Assembly (NCBI GenBank): GCA_030149205.1
Contig: JASBSB010000001.1
Location: 630,001-662,000, forward strand
Origin: Candidatus Heimdallarchaeota archaeon
GTDB taxonomy: Archaea; Asgardarchaeota; Heimdallarchaeia; Heimdallarchaeales; Kariarchaeaceae
Direction: 5' to 3'
Length of the DNA stretch: 32,000 nt
Position numbers and translations under genes: made by a program. Shown here piece by piece: positions 1 through 9,124 of the stretch (its first letter is position 1; each line of letters begins with the position of its first letter). Below the pieces are notes generated by a model. It was not told the origin of the DNA. It saw only the letters and a list, made by a program, of their open reading frames with translations, and searched no databases.

Positions 1-1
1 T

Positions 2-667
2 TCAGTAAGCGAGTAATTCTTTCATCTTTTCAAGGTAAGGTGACGATAGTCTGAGTATTCTTGATATAATTTCATTGACAGCCGAATTAATATCATCTTT
101 TTCAATGCAGTAATGAATAATTTTTAGCCTTAGTGCATCTTCTGCTGAAATTCCATCTGCTAACAGTATGAGTTCTTTTGCTCGACTCAGACCAATTAAC
201 TTCGGTAACCTTTGTGTCCCACCCCAAGCTGGCAATAGCCCAATACTTAGTTCAGTTAACCCCAGTTTTGCTGAGTTTACACAGATCCGTACATCACATG
301 CAAGGGCAAGTTCTAACCCTCCACCAAACGCATGCCCATTCATAACAGCTACGACTGGTTTAGGGAAGTTTTGTATTTTCATCAATAATTTTTGGGCAGA
401 GCGGGTGTAAGCAGATTTTTTCTCACCCTTTAGAGTTCTCACTTCTTTCAAGTCTGCTCCGGCACAAAATGTTGTACCAGTTCCGGTTATTATCAGGCAT
501 TTCAATTTTTGGTTTTTCCAAAACTGTTCAATTAGAAAATTAAATTCTTTTATCACATCACTGGAAATTGCGTTTCTGGCTCTTTCCCTGGAAATTGTTA
601 TTGTGACAACCAAATCTTTTCCTATTGCTTCTTCCTTTACGGTGAGATTGTTAAGGATCAATATCAC
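2..667 (-). CDS. Enoyl-CoA hydratase/isomerase (crotonase superfamily)
   Basis: Motifs RNAIS, FCAGADL, AVMNGHAFGGGLELALACD and GLTELSIGLLPAWGGTQRLPKLIG, with both catalytic Glu present. Stop TGA at 4-2. Start is GTG 667 or TTG 661 after GAGGGTG. Confidence 0.92.
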   Translation of the reverse strand: MILILNNLTVKEEAIGKDLVVTITISRERARNAISSDVIKEFNFLIEQFWKNQKLKCLIITGTGTTFCAGADLKEVRTLKGEKKSAYTRSAQKLLMKIQNFPKPVVAVMNGHAFGGGLELALACDVRICVNSAKLGLTELSIGLLPAWGGTQRLPKLIGLSRAKELILLADGISAEDALRLKIIHYCIEKDDINSAVNEIISRILRLSSPYLEKMKELLAY

Positions 668-745
668 CCTCTGAATTGATAAGTTAATATCTCTTCATAC
701 TGTTAAATAATGGATTGTAAATTGTATTTTCTGTTAATATCCTAC

Positions 746-1336
746 TTATAAACTATCTTTTCTTTGAAATTCTGCTTCAAGCCTTAATCGTATCAAGCCA
801 ATAACCTGACTTGCTAATAGTGATTCTTCGTGGATCGATATTGGAACACACCCTAATTCCTCCAAATTCAATCTGTCTTCTGGGGTTATGTCATTCTTTG
901 ACCCTAACACAATACCCAAGTCGTTATCTTTAAGGAGTTCTGCAATGTTCTCCTGCGTTAATTTGAAACCCGTTTCTTGTAGATCCATCCAGATCATATT
1001 TGGGTTGTTTTTCTTTAAATTGCCAGCAAGGTTAATCAGAGATTCTTCATGCCAAAGTGTTTCCCAATTTTCTTTGACCTTCCGAGCTAGTGAAACTTCA
1101 AATTCTTGATCAAAATTGAAGCTGTCTCGAGTCAAGTGAAGGTAACCTTTTGGTTCCCCACCCTTTAGAAAAGAATAAAAATCGACCTCAACGAAATCGT
1201 TTTTGGAAATAGTCCTTAATGCATTTAACATGCATCTGAATATAATATCAATTCTTCCATGACCAGGAAGGTTATTGAGCTTGTATGAATTGTTTGGGAT
1301 TGCTTTTTGATGTATGAGTAGAACAATGAGTTTCAT
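746..1336 (-). CDS. trmY: tRNA (pseudouridine54-N1)-methyltransferase, SPOUT family
   Basis: LNNLPGHGRIDIIFRC matches the TrmY N-terminal motif, and VLGSKNDI...ISIHEESLLASQVI fits a SPOUT knot. Start moved to ATG 1336 (MKLIVLL) because the longer ORF overlaps the upstream gene. Confidence 0.72.
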   Translation of the reverse strand: MKLIVLLIHQKAIPNNSYKLNNLPGHGRIDIIFRCMLNALRTISKNDFVEVDFYSFLKGGEPKGYLHLTRDSFNFDQEFEVSLARKVKENWETLWHEESLINLAGNLKKNNPNMIWMDLQETGFKLTQENIAELLKDNDLGIVLGSKNDITPEDRLNLEELGCVPISIHEESLLASQVIGLIRLRLEAEFQRKDSL

Positions 1337-1352
1337 ATTTTTGTGATATTCT

Positions 1353-2609
1353 TTAGAGAACACCAATATTATCAGAAATTGTACCACGAATTACCTGATT
1401 TGGGCCTATAGTTACATTTTGATTGACCAATGTGCCTGGCAATGAAGTAACATTAGGCCAGATAACACTGTGAGTTCCAAAAACCGCCCCAAATTTTATA
1501 GTGGGTATCTGTTCCTTTTTCCCGTCAACTAATGCAAATATGTGGTCTTGACCCTTGATTTTATTTACTGTGACACAACCAGCCTGAACAACTGCCTTTT
1601 TTCCAACAATTGAGTCACCTACAAAACATTGGCGAGAGACAGTAGATCCTTCCATCACCAAAGAACCTTTGACTTCAACGCCCATTCCTATTACTGAGTT
1701 TTTTTCAATGATAGTATCTTTTCGAACCAGACTGTTATTTCCTATAAAGGTGTTTTCTCCAATGTAAACTGGACCTCGAATAACAGATCCATGAAGAATT
1801 GTTACTCCCTTTTCTATAATAACAGGCCCTATGATTTGTGTACCACCCTCAATATTGGTTTCAGGGTGTATTATTGATACCTGTTTTGTCCCTAAAATCA
1901 TCTTGTTAGCTCGTAACAGGTTCCAAGGTCTTCCTACGTCAACCCAGGGTTCATTCCAGACCCCACAAGCAATTTTACCATCATTTTCAATGAAATGGTT
2001 CAACGATTGATTAAAGGGAACATTAGGTTTTAGATAATTGAATATATCTGCAGTTAGAACGAAAACACCGGAGACTATGTAGTTCCCCTCATCTCTTTCT
2101 CCTTCAGGATAGATTTTTTCTACAAGCCCCTGTGGTGAGACACCGACAACACCAAACTGAGATACTTTCTTTTCCAATACCACAGATAGAGCCATATCTG
2201 CACCTAAGTTGTCCAATGCGTTTAAGGTTCTTGTCAATATTTTTGAATCGGTTATTGTATCAACATGAAGCATCACAAACTGTTCTGATCCATCATTGAA
2301 TATCTCCTTAACTGAGAGCACAGCACCATCGATGCCTGGAACCTTGGGGTTTTGCACTATATAGTTGATATGGATACCCAGGTCTGTCCCATTTCCATAG
2401 AGTTCTTTGATAGAGTTATCACCCTTGTTTACAACAACATAGATGTCACGAATTTCGTGATCCCGAAGCATCCTAAATTGATATTCAATCAAGGGGATCC
2501 CCAGCACCTCCAATAATGCAACAGGTTTATTATTAGTTAATAGCTCCAAACTTTTTGAGCTCCCTGCGGCTAGGATTATACCTTTCACTTTTGAAGAGTT
2601 CCCTCTCAC
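1353..2609 (-). CDS. GlmU-like sugar-phosphate nucleotidyltransferase plus left-handed beta-helix protein, with degenerate catalytic motifs
   Basis: GIILAAG start, GIDGAVL, WVDVGRPWNLL and hexapeptide repeats (GPVIIEKG, GPVYIGEN, VGDSIVG). Divergent from glmS. Confidence 0.85.
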   Translation of the reverse strand: MRGNSSKVKGIILAAGSSKSLELLTNNKPVALLEVLGIPLIEYQFRMLRDHEIRDIYVVVNKGDNSIKELYGNGTDLGIHINYIVQNPKVPGIDGAVLSVKEIFNDGSEQFVMLHVDTITDSKILTRTLNALDNLGADMALSVVLEKKVSQFGVVGVSPQGLVEKIYPEGERDEGNYIVSGVFVLTADIFNYLKPNVPFNQSLNHFIENDGKIACGVWNEPWVDVGRPWNLLRANKMILGTKQVSIIHPETNIEGGTQIIGPVIIEKGVTILHGSVIRGPVYIGENTFIGNNSLVRKDTIIEKNSVIGMGVEVKGSLVMEGSTVSRQCFVGDSIVGKKAVVQAGCVTVNKIKGQDHIFALVDGKKEQIPTIKFGAVFGTHSVIWPNVTSLPGTLVNQNVTIGPNQVIRGTISDNIGVL

Positions 2610-2691
2610 TTATTTATAATCATCGAAATATCTCAATATGATTTGAGGAGCAACTGAAAATGAATCGCATTTTTCTTTATATAATAGAACC

Positions 2692-2699
2692 TTTAAATA
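2692..2699 (+). promoter_or_regulatory. Candidate archaeal TATA box for glmS (a second candidate, TTTATATA, lies at 2676-2683 in the divergent region)
   Basis: TTTAAATA about 40 nt upstream of the GTG start at 2739, with a GAGGA SD-like sequence just before the start. Confidence 0.35.
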
Positions 2700-2738
2700 A
2701 TTGTTGACGCAAGCCATTATATAGGATTTGAGGACAAA

Positions 2739-4565
2739 GTGTGTGGAATAATAGGTGTAACCCAAACCATCGATAATTCCACTGGGAAGATAGTTTTCGA
2801 TGCCTTGACAAGATTAGAGTACCGGGGGTATGACTCTGTCGGAGTGGCGATTATCAATCCAACTGGTGAATTACAGATCGAAAAAGACAAAGGACCCATA
2901 CTTGAAGTGGGAAAGAAGCTGGAATTTGAGAAGCTTAAGGGAAGAACAGCAATTGGGCACTCAAGATGGGCAACACATGGCCCACCGAACAAGATTAATG
3001 CACATCCACATATCTCACAGAATCGAAGGGTTGCAGTTGTACACAACGGAATCATTGAAAATTTCTTGGAACTGAAAAAGGATCTAATATCATTGGGATA
3101 TGCGTTCAAATCAGATACTGACACAGAGGTAATCCCCCAACTTATTGAATACTACTTAGATCAGGGAAAAAGCATTGTAGAAGCAATACGTACTTTTACC
3201 GACACAATTAAGGGAACCTTTGCAATTGTTTTAGTCACAGTAGATGAGCCAGAGAAAATTTACGCCTTCAGAAGAGATAACCCCTTAGTTTTGGGTATTG
3301 GTAAAAACGAAAATTATTGTGCTAGTGACATTCCTGCATTCTTACCTTACACAAATCAGGTTCTAATTTTGAAGGACAACGAACTGGCTATTCTTGAACC
3401 GAAAAATTATAAAATTCTTAACTTGACAACTGGGTCAGAGATCAAGAGAACCCCTAAAACAATTACCTGGACAGCAGAGGCAGCTCAAAAGGCAGGATAT
3501 CCACATTTTATGCTCAAGGAGATTCATCAACAACCACAGGTGCTTAAGACTCAACTCTCAACTCAAATGGAAGTTGTTGAGGAGATTGCAGATGTGGTAC
3601 TAGCTGCTGACAAGGTGTTTTCAGTAGCAGCTGGAACAGCTTATTACGCATCTCTGACTTTGTTTCATACAATTCCATCTCTGACAAAAAAAGTTGTTAT
3701 CCCAGTGATTTCTGCAGAATGGGATACAGTCTCATCTTTAGTAGACGATAAATCAGTGGTTTTTGCTGTGTCTCAGAGTGGTGAGACATTAGACACCATC
3801 AAAGGAATTAAAGATGCCAAATCAAAAGGTGCAAAGATCATTTCAGTTGTTAATGTGATTGATTCATCCTTGACACGGTATGGAGACCATGTACTTTACA
3901 TACATACAGGGCCTGAAATTGGAGTTGCAGCAACTAAAACCTACACAGGATTAGCATTGGCTTTGTGGAGAATCGCATATGCGGTTGCAGAAAAAAGAGA
4001 AGATATTGACTCTACATACCTCTCAAAGTTCGATAAATCATTGCATGCTCTACCAGAGGCAATTGAACATGTTATTCGAAAATATGAGGTGAAAGCCAAA
4101 GAAATAAGCAAATGGATGACACAAAAACAATCTGCGTTTTATCTGGGAAGAGGGGTGTCATTTGCGACAGCATGTGAGGGGGCACTAAAGATGAAGGAGA
4201 TTGCATATGTTCATGCAGAGGCTTATCCTGCTGGAGAATCTAAGCATGGTCCCATTGCATTAATTGAAAAAGACTTTCCAGTGATTTTTACAATTCCAAA
4301 TGATAAGAACAGGAAGAAGATGATGGGATCTGTTCAGGAGATGAAGGCAAGAGGAGCAAGAACAATTGGTGTTATTGAAGAGGGTGATGAAGAGTTTCAA
4401 GGAGTGTTAGATGAGTATTTCGAGATTCCCAAAGGCTTTAGTCAATTCCTTTCCTCTATTCTATATCAAATCCCTCAACAATTACTCGCATATTACACTT
4501 CGACACTCAAGGGGTTTGACCCAGACAAGCCAAGAAATCTTTCAAAGTCTGTGACGGTTGAGTAG
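2739..4565 (+). CDS. glmS: Glutamine-fructose-6-phosphate transaminase (isomerizing)
   Basis: N-terminal (M)CGI nucleophile, LEYRGYDS, GHSRWATHG, VVHNGIIEN, SQSGETLD, GPEIGVAATKT, ESKHGPIAL and C-terminal PDKPRNLSKSVTVE. Confidence 0.98.
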   Translation: MCGIIGVTQTIDNSTGKIVFDALTRLEYRGYDSVGVAIINPTGELQIEKDKGPILEVGKKLEFEKLKGRTAIGHSRWATHGPPNKINAHPHISQNRRVAVVHNGIIENFLELKKDLISLGYAFKSDTDTEVIPQLIEYYLDQGKSIVEAIRTFTDTIKGTFAIVLVTVDEPEKIYAFRRDNPLVLGIGKNENYCASDIPAFLPYTNQVLILKDNELAILEPKNYKILNLTTGSEIKRTPKTITWTAEAAQKAGYPHFMLKEIHQQPQVLKTQLSTQMEVVEEIADVVLAADKVFSVAAGTAYYASLTLFHTIPSLTKKVVIPVISAEWDTVSSLVDDKSVVFAVSQSGETLDTIKGIKDAKSKGAKIISVVNVIDSSLTRYGDHVLYIHTGPEIGVAATKTYTGLALALWRIAYAVAEKREDIDSTYLSKFDKSLHALPEAIEHVIRKYEVKAKEISKWMTQKQSAFYLGRGVSFATACEGALKMKEIAYVHAEAYPAGESKHGPIALIEKDFPVIFTIPNDKNRKKMMGSVQEMKARGARTIGVIEEGDEEFQGVLDEYFEIPKGFSQFLSSILYQIPQQLLAYYTSTLKGFDPDKPRNLSKSVTVE

Positions 4566-4896
4566 GTTGAAGCTTAAAGACATCACCCCTAATTCTACAT
4601 TTGATGAGCTAATTGTTCGTGTAATCTCAAAAAATGGTCCAAGACTGGTTGGTCGAACAAAGAAAAAATATCTCACAGAAATTTTGATTCTCGATGATAC
4701 CAAATCCAGTGTTCTGACACTTTGGGGAAAGAAATATCTAGATCAAATAAAATTGGGAAAGATAATTATTATCAAAAATGGATGGGTTAAATCATCCTAT
4801 GAATCTTTACAGGTTTCTTTGGGTCGAGAAGGAACAATTGAATTTACTGATAATGAGCATCCTGAAATACCAAAATCAATTCCATTGGATTATTAA
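4558..4896 (+). CDS. Single OB-fold ssDNA-binding protein (crenarchaeal SSB / SOSS-B-like)
   Basis: LKDITPN...LIVRV...ILDDTKSSVLTLWG...IIIIKNGWV...LQVSLGREGTI follows the single-OB SSB pattern. TTG start overlaps the end of glmS by 8 nt. Confidence 0.72.
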   Translation: MSRLKLKDITPNSTFDELIVRVISKNGPRLVGRTKKKYLTEILILDDTKSSVLTLWGKKYLDQIKLGKIIIIKNGWVKSSYESLQVSLGREGTIEFTDNEHPEIPKSIPLDY

Positions 4897-4904
4897 CATT
4901 AAGG

Positions 4905-5150
4905 TTATGATTTTTTAAGTTCATCAAGAAGTTTACTGCGAAGTCCAGCAATAGACGTTGATCTTACACGTTTTAAGCTGCCATCCTCGTTCTTTTCAAC
5001 AATTTTTTCTTTTGTGTTTTTCTCTAACTTAGCTATTTTTGCATTGTACTCTGCGAGCTCCTTCATATAGGTCTCTTCAGAAATTTCTCCTCGCCTGCAG
5101 GCTTCGTACCTACTATTTATCCATTCAAATAACTGTTCAGACTCACTCAT
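4905..5150 (-). CDS. Small hypothetical protein with a steadiness-box/SHOCT-like hairpin and C-terminal STSIAGLRSKLLDELKK helix
   Basis: ATG start, AT-rich upstream region with TTTATAAA, and a C-terminal motif shared with the CDS at 13947-15011, which supports it being a real gene. Confidence 0.7.
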   Translation of the reverse strand: MSESEQLFEWINSRYEACRRGEISEETYMKELAEYNAKIAKLEKNTKEKIVEKNEDGSLKRVRSTSIAGLRSKLLDELKKS

Positions 5151-5326
5151 AGTGATAATGTTATTTCTTTATTTATAAATCTTTAGAGAAATTCTTAAGT
5201 CATTTTAGACTCACCAAGGTATAGATTAATCCATTAAAACCTCGTCCCTGAAGATGAGTAATTTTATTGACCTGTTTTCTATAAAAATTGTTTTAATAAC
5301 TGAAGAGAAGAAAACATGTATAAATT

Positions 5327-5830
5327 ATGAGTTCTGATATAGTCACTGTAGATTTACTTATTGTTGGTGGTGAGGCAAAACCTTCTGGGAGTATTGCTCC
5401 AGCTCTTGGCCCAACTGGTGTAAACCTAGGGCAAGTAGTTGGGGAAATCAATAAACAGACCAGTGGATATAAGGGGATGAAGGTTCCTGTCAAAGTAATT
5501 GTCAACAAAAAGACAAGAACATTTGAGTTAGAGATCGGTATTCCACCTGCAAGTGCATTAGTCAAAAAAGAACTGGGAGTCTCCTCAGGAAGCGCTATGC
5601 CTCAAAATAGAGATGCAGGTAACTTGACCTATGAACAGGTATTAAACGTCACCAAATCTAAAAGACCCAATCTTCTAGGAGCTACCTGGAAAACAGCCTC
5701 ATTAGAAATTTTAGGTACTATGCAATCACTTGGTGCAACTTGTGAGGGTCTCGATCCTCGTGAAATGCAGAAGAAAGTCAAAAATGGTGAGTTTGACGAT
5801 CGTATAGCAGCTTGGGAAAAATCAAATTAG
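5327..5830 (+). CDS. rpl11: 50S ribosomal protein uL11, archaeal type
   Basis: GGEAKP...APALGPTGVNLGQVVGEINKQT..YKGMKVPVKV, GIPPASALVKKELG and EILGTMQSLG. Confidence 0.96.
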   Translation: MSSDIVTVDLLIVGGEAKPSGSIAPALGPTGVNLGQVVGEINKQTSGYKGMKVPVKVIVNKKTRTFELEIGIPPASALVKKELGVSSGSAMPQNRDAGNLTYEQVLNVTKSKRPNLLGATWKTASLEILGTMQSLGATCEGLDPREMQKKVKNGEFDDRIAAWEKSN

Positions 5831-5852
5831 TCATACGTAACTGGAAGTACAA

Positions 5853-7277
5853 ATGACACTAACTCTAGAACAATTTTTTGACAGACACACCATGTCTGTT
5901 CATCTTCGTGAAAATCTACCTCCAATGGCTAAACGTGGAAGACCTGGAGAGTGGAACTTGGTACCAATTGGAGAGAAAGCCTTTACATTCAAAGAATTAG
6001 CTGAAATCGCTGATGAAATTTTAGATTATGTGGAAACTCATGATGATGCGGTTATAGAGGATGATTGGGAGCAGGCAAGGGTTATACAGCTAAGAGATTT
6101 AAGGATTGTAATCACAACATATCCGTTCAGCAACGCGTTAGAGATCACCGCTGTCAAACCTACAATGCAAAAGTCTCTCGAAAGTTATAGTTTAGATCCC
6201 AAGTTATTTGACAGACTAGCGAAGAAAGCTGAGGGAATATTAATTTCAGGGTCCCCTGGTGCTGGTAAATCAACTTTTGCAGCTGCTGTTGCTGATTTTT
6301 ATGCCAGTCAAGGCAAAATTGTTAAGACTATAGAGAAACCAAGAGACCTAAGTGTGGATGAAAGGATCACACAATATCAGATGCTTGAGGATGACCCTGA
6401 GAAAACTGGAGACATTTTACTCTTGATGAGACCTGATTATGTTATTTATGATGAGGTAAGAAAGTCCAGAGATTTTGAGGTTTACAGTGATTTGAGATTA
6501 TCGGGGATTGGTCTTGTGGGGGTGGTTCATGCCACAAATCCAATGGATGCTATTCAAAGATTTGTATCCAGAATAGATATTGGATTAATTCCTTCAATTA
6601 TTGACACAGTAATTTTCATTGAAAGAGGTGAGATATCAGATGTATACTCACTGCAGATGACTGTTAAGGTCCCTACGGGGATGGTTTCCGGTGATTTGGC
6701 AAGACCTGTAATTGTGATTTCTGATTTCCTAAAAAATAAACCAAGATATGAAATGTTCAGTTTTGGTGAACAAGTCGTTCTCATTCCAATAGGTGCTGCG
6801 AAGGGATCCCGTAAAAGTAGCAAGAAGCTACCTTTAAGCGAAATTAAAGAAGAGCTAGCATATATTATCGAACACAACAATTTTGAAGTGGAACAGATCG
6901 GAAACTCATCAATTAGAATATACCTCCCAAGAAATCAAATCTCTAGCTTTATTGGAAAGAATGGTTCTAATATTAGAGAAATTGAGCGAATGTTGAGTGT
7001 TTCTATTGATGTTGAGCCTAGAACGTATGTAAATGATGCGAGCTTACCTCAGAGTAAACAAGTCAAAATTATAGAGGAAAAGAAAAATCTGATAATTCTA
7101 GTAGGCTCCGATTTTGCAGGTAAGAATGTAGATCTCATGATTGGACCTCAGACAGTTTTTAGTGGGACTGTAAATTTCTCTGGTGAAATTAGATTGTCAA
7201 AAAAGAAGACAACAGCAAAGAGACTTGTCAAATTTGTTGAGAATGCTGACAGCCCCCTTACAGTTATTGAACGTTAA
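5853..7277 (+). CDS. PINA-family (COG1855-like) PilT-type ATPase with KH domain, lacking the N-terminal PIN domain
   Basis: FFDRHTMSVHL, Walker A GSPGAGKST, TIEKPRDL, Walker B YDEVR, GVVHA and KH motif FIGKNGSNI. Confidence 0.88.
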   Translation: MTLTLEQFFDRHTMSVHLRENLPPMAKRGRPGEWNLVPIGEKAFTFKELAEIADEILDYVETHDDAVIEDDWEQARVIQLRDLRIVITTYPFSNALEITAVKPTMQKSLESYSLDPKLFDRLAKKAEGILISGSPGAGKSTFAAAVADFYASQGKIVKTIEKPRDLSVDERITQYQMLEDDPEKTGDILLLMRPDYVIYDEVRKSRDFEVYSDLRLSGIGLVGVVHATNPMDAIQRFVSRIDIGLIPSIIDTVIFIERGEISDVYSLQMTVKVPTGMVSGDLARPVIVISDFLKNKPRYEMFSFGEQVVLIPIGAAKGSRKSSKKLPLSEIKEELAYIIEHNNFEVEQIGNSSIRIYLPRNQISSFIGKNGSNIREIERMLSVSIDVEPRTYVNDASLPQSKQVKIIEEKKNLIILVGSDFAGKNVDLMIGPQTVFSGTVNFSGEIRLSKKKTTAKRLVKFVENADSPLTVIER

Positions 7278-7310
7278 AATTTCACAACCCTATCTCAAGG
7301 TCAAATGGAC

Positions 7311-8327
7311 TTAAAGTTCATTATAATCAACATCATTTAGTTCTGTTGAACCCACGATTCTTTGTTTTGAATTTAAATTTAAAATTGTTATTCGACTTTT
7401 TGAATGGATGGCAACCTCTTTTTCTAAATTAAAACTTAGAGTTCCATCTCTTTTGTCAGTGGTAAAGCTTGTTACCTTAATAGGACGATGTGCAATTCCA
7501 AAGACAGCATGAAGCATTTCACCCTCATTAATAGAGGTGAACATTGGGGCTAACTTAACCTTAAGACCATTAACTCGATTAATCACCTTCACTGAGCTAT
7601 CATCTGTTGTGATCAAAGTTCCCCTTTCAATGTTTTTTGGAAGAACACCTCTTAAAGCCAATCCAACATGCGACCTTTGAGAAACCTCATGAACATCAAC
7701 ATCGTTGAGTTGAATTGATTTTATGACCCCAGTCACACCCTCTGGTAGGCAAATGATCTTGTCACCTTTCTTAATTGTTCCTTGTAGCAAAGTTCCAAGT
7801 ATTACAGCACCAACACCTTGAACAGTAAATATATGATCAACTTCGACAATCGGTGGACCTGTAAGAACATAAGGGGGAAGTTTACTTGCTAAAATCTTCT
7901 CTTTGATTTCATTTAACTGATGAGGCTCAACAAACAACTTAGGATAATTTGTAACAAAAGATGATTGGAACAATTTGTCAAATTTTGAAAAATAGTCCTG
8001 GAATACTGATGCATTTTCTCCAACAATTGCAAGTACACCTGGAATTTGTAGACAATCTGCTAAAATTGATGACTCTGCCACCTCTGCATTAATTCCCGAG
8101 GTTGGGATAGGTATCAATACTATCTCTGCCATATGTGTTGCCAGAACCAATGGAATCGGTTTATCAGGATATTTTAACGGGATAACTGTCGTTTGAACAT
8201 AGGGTTTTGAAAGTGTCAACAGCAAAATATCACTCTGTGTCCCCCTTTTTCCCCAAGATTTCGTAATAAGTTCGATAATATCTGGGTTACCACTTAGCAA
8301 TCCTACAGTTAAATGTTGCTTCTCCAT
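7311..8327 (-). CDS. Archaeal SelB-like elongation-factor homolog (aSelBL type) with a degenerate GTPase domain
   Basis: EF-Tu domain II motif VDHIFTVQGVGAVILG...IKKGD...IKSIQ...HVGLALRG. The N-terminus has GKRGTQSDI and YPDKP but no GxxxxGKS/T, DxxG or NKxD. Confidence 0.75.
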   Translation of the reverse strand: MEKQHLTVGLLSGNPDIIELITKSWGKRGTQSDILLLTLSKPYVQTTVIPLKYPDKPIPLVLATHMAEIVLIPIPTSGINAEVAESSILADCLQIPGVLAIVGENASVFQDYFSKFDKLFQSSFVTNYPKLFVEPHQLNEIKEKILASKLPPYVLTGPPIVEVDHIFTVQGVGAVILGTLLQGTIKKGDKIICLPEGVTGVIKSIQLNDVDVHEVSQRSHVGLALRGVLPKNIERGTLITTDDSSVKVINRVNGLKVKLAPMFTSINEGEMLHAVFGIAHRPIKVTSFTTDKRDGTLSFNLEKEVAIHSKSRITILNLNSKQRIVGSTELNDVDYNEL

Positions 8328-8371
8328 TTCGTATAACTTTGGTTATGAGTTTTTAACCTAGGCATTCATTC

Positions 8372-9085
8372 TTAAATTTCATCTAAATTAGGTTGTATTG
8401 TTGCTTTTATCTCTTCATTGTGCTTTAATAATCCTTTCAGTTTAACTTCAAACTCACAGTATTGTGAACTTTCATTCTTAAAGGAACTATGTTTTTTAAC
8501 CATAGAATTTGAATCAAAAACATAATCAAAAATTGCGGATATACCCCCCGAAACCAGACTACATGATAAATTATGTTTTGGGTCTCCACTACATAAGCAT
8601 TTGGAAATCCTAACAACAAACCTTGAGTTAGAGGGAGATGTTTCAGTGACGGTAATCTCAGTTGAAACACTTGGTTTACCCTCATCAGAATAATTGATTT
8701 CTATGAAGGGATAGGTAATTGAGATGAATTTTGATAAAAGTTCTGTGTCATTTTTTAAACCTGGGTTTGGACACTCATTACCCAAGATTGTTGCAATGTT
8801 TTCGTGAACTAAGTTATACCCAATAGATTTTGCAATATTTGATGATTTCGATGCAGCAGATATTCTTCTAAACCAATCACCATAAGTGTCATGATAATAA
8901 TTTCGTGTCCGCAAATCTCCGGTTTGATTCACCCCGTTTTGTTCATTTAGATGTTTAAGTACGGACCTTACAGTATTTCTATGAAGCCCACTAATTTCAC
9001 CCAACTCTTGTATAGATAACTTCATAGGTAGCTTTTTTAGCAAGAGTTGTATAGTTTCTGTTGAACTTAAACACCTCTTACTCAT
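8372..9085 (-). CDS. HTH plus V4R-domain transcriptional regulator
   Basis: HTH LSIQELGEISGLHRNTVRSVLKHL. V4R-like C-terminus KCLC...SCSLVSGGISAIF...YCEFEV. Confidence 0.7.
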   Translation of the reverse strand: MSKRCLSSTETIQLLLKKLPMKLSIQELGEISGLHRNTVRSVLKHLNEQNGVNQTGDLRTRNYYHDTYGDWFRRISAASKSSNIAKSIGYNLVHENIATILGNECPNPGLKNDTELLSKFISITYPFIEINYSDEGKPSVSTEITVTETSPSNSRFVVRISKCLCSGDPKHNLSCSLVSGGISAIFDYVFDSNSMVKKHSSFKNESSQYCEFEVKLKGLLKHNEEIKATIQPNLDEI

Positions 9086-9124
9086 TTGTAATCACCTGTG
9101 GGTTAATTGAGGTTATTAATAATT

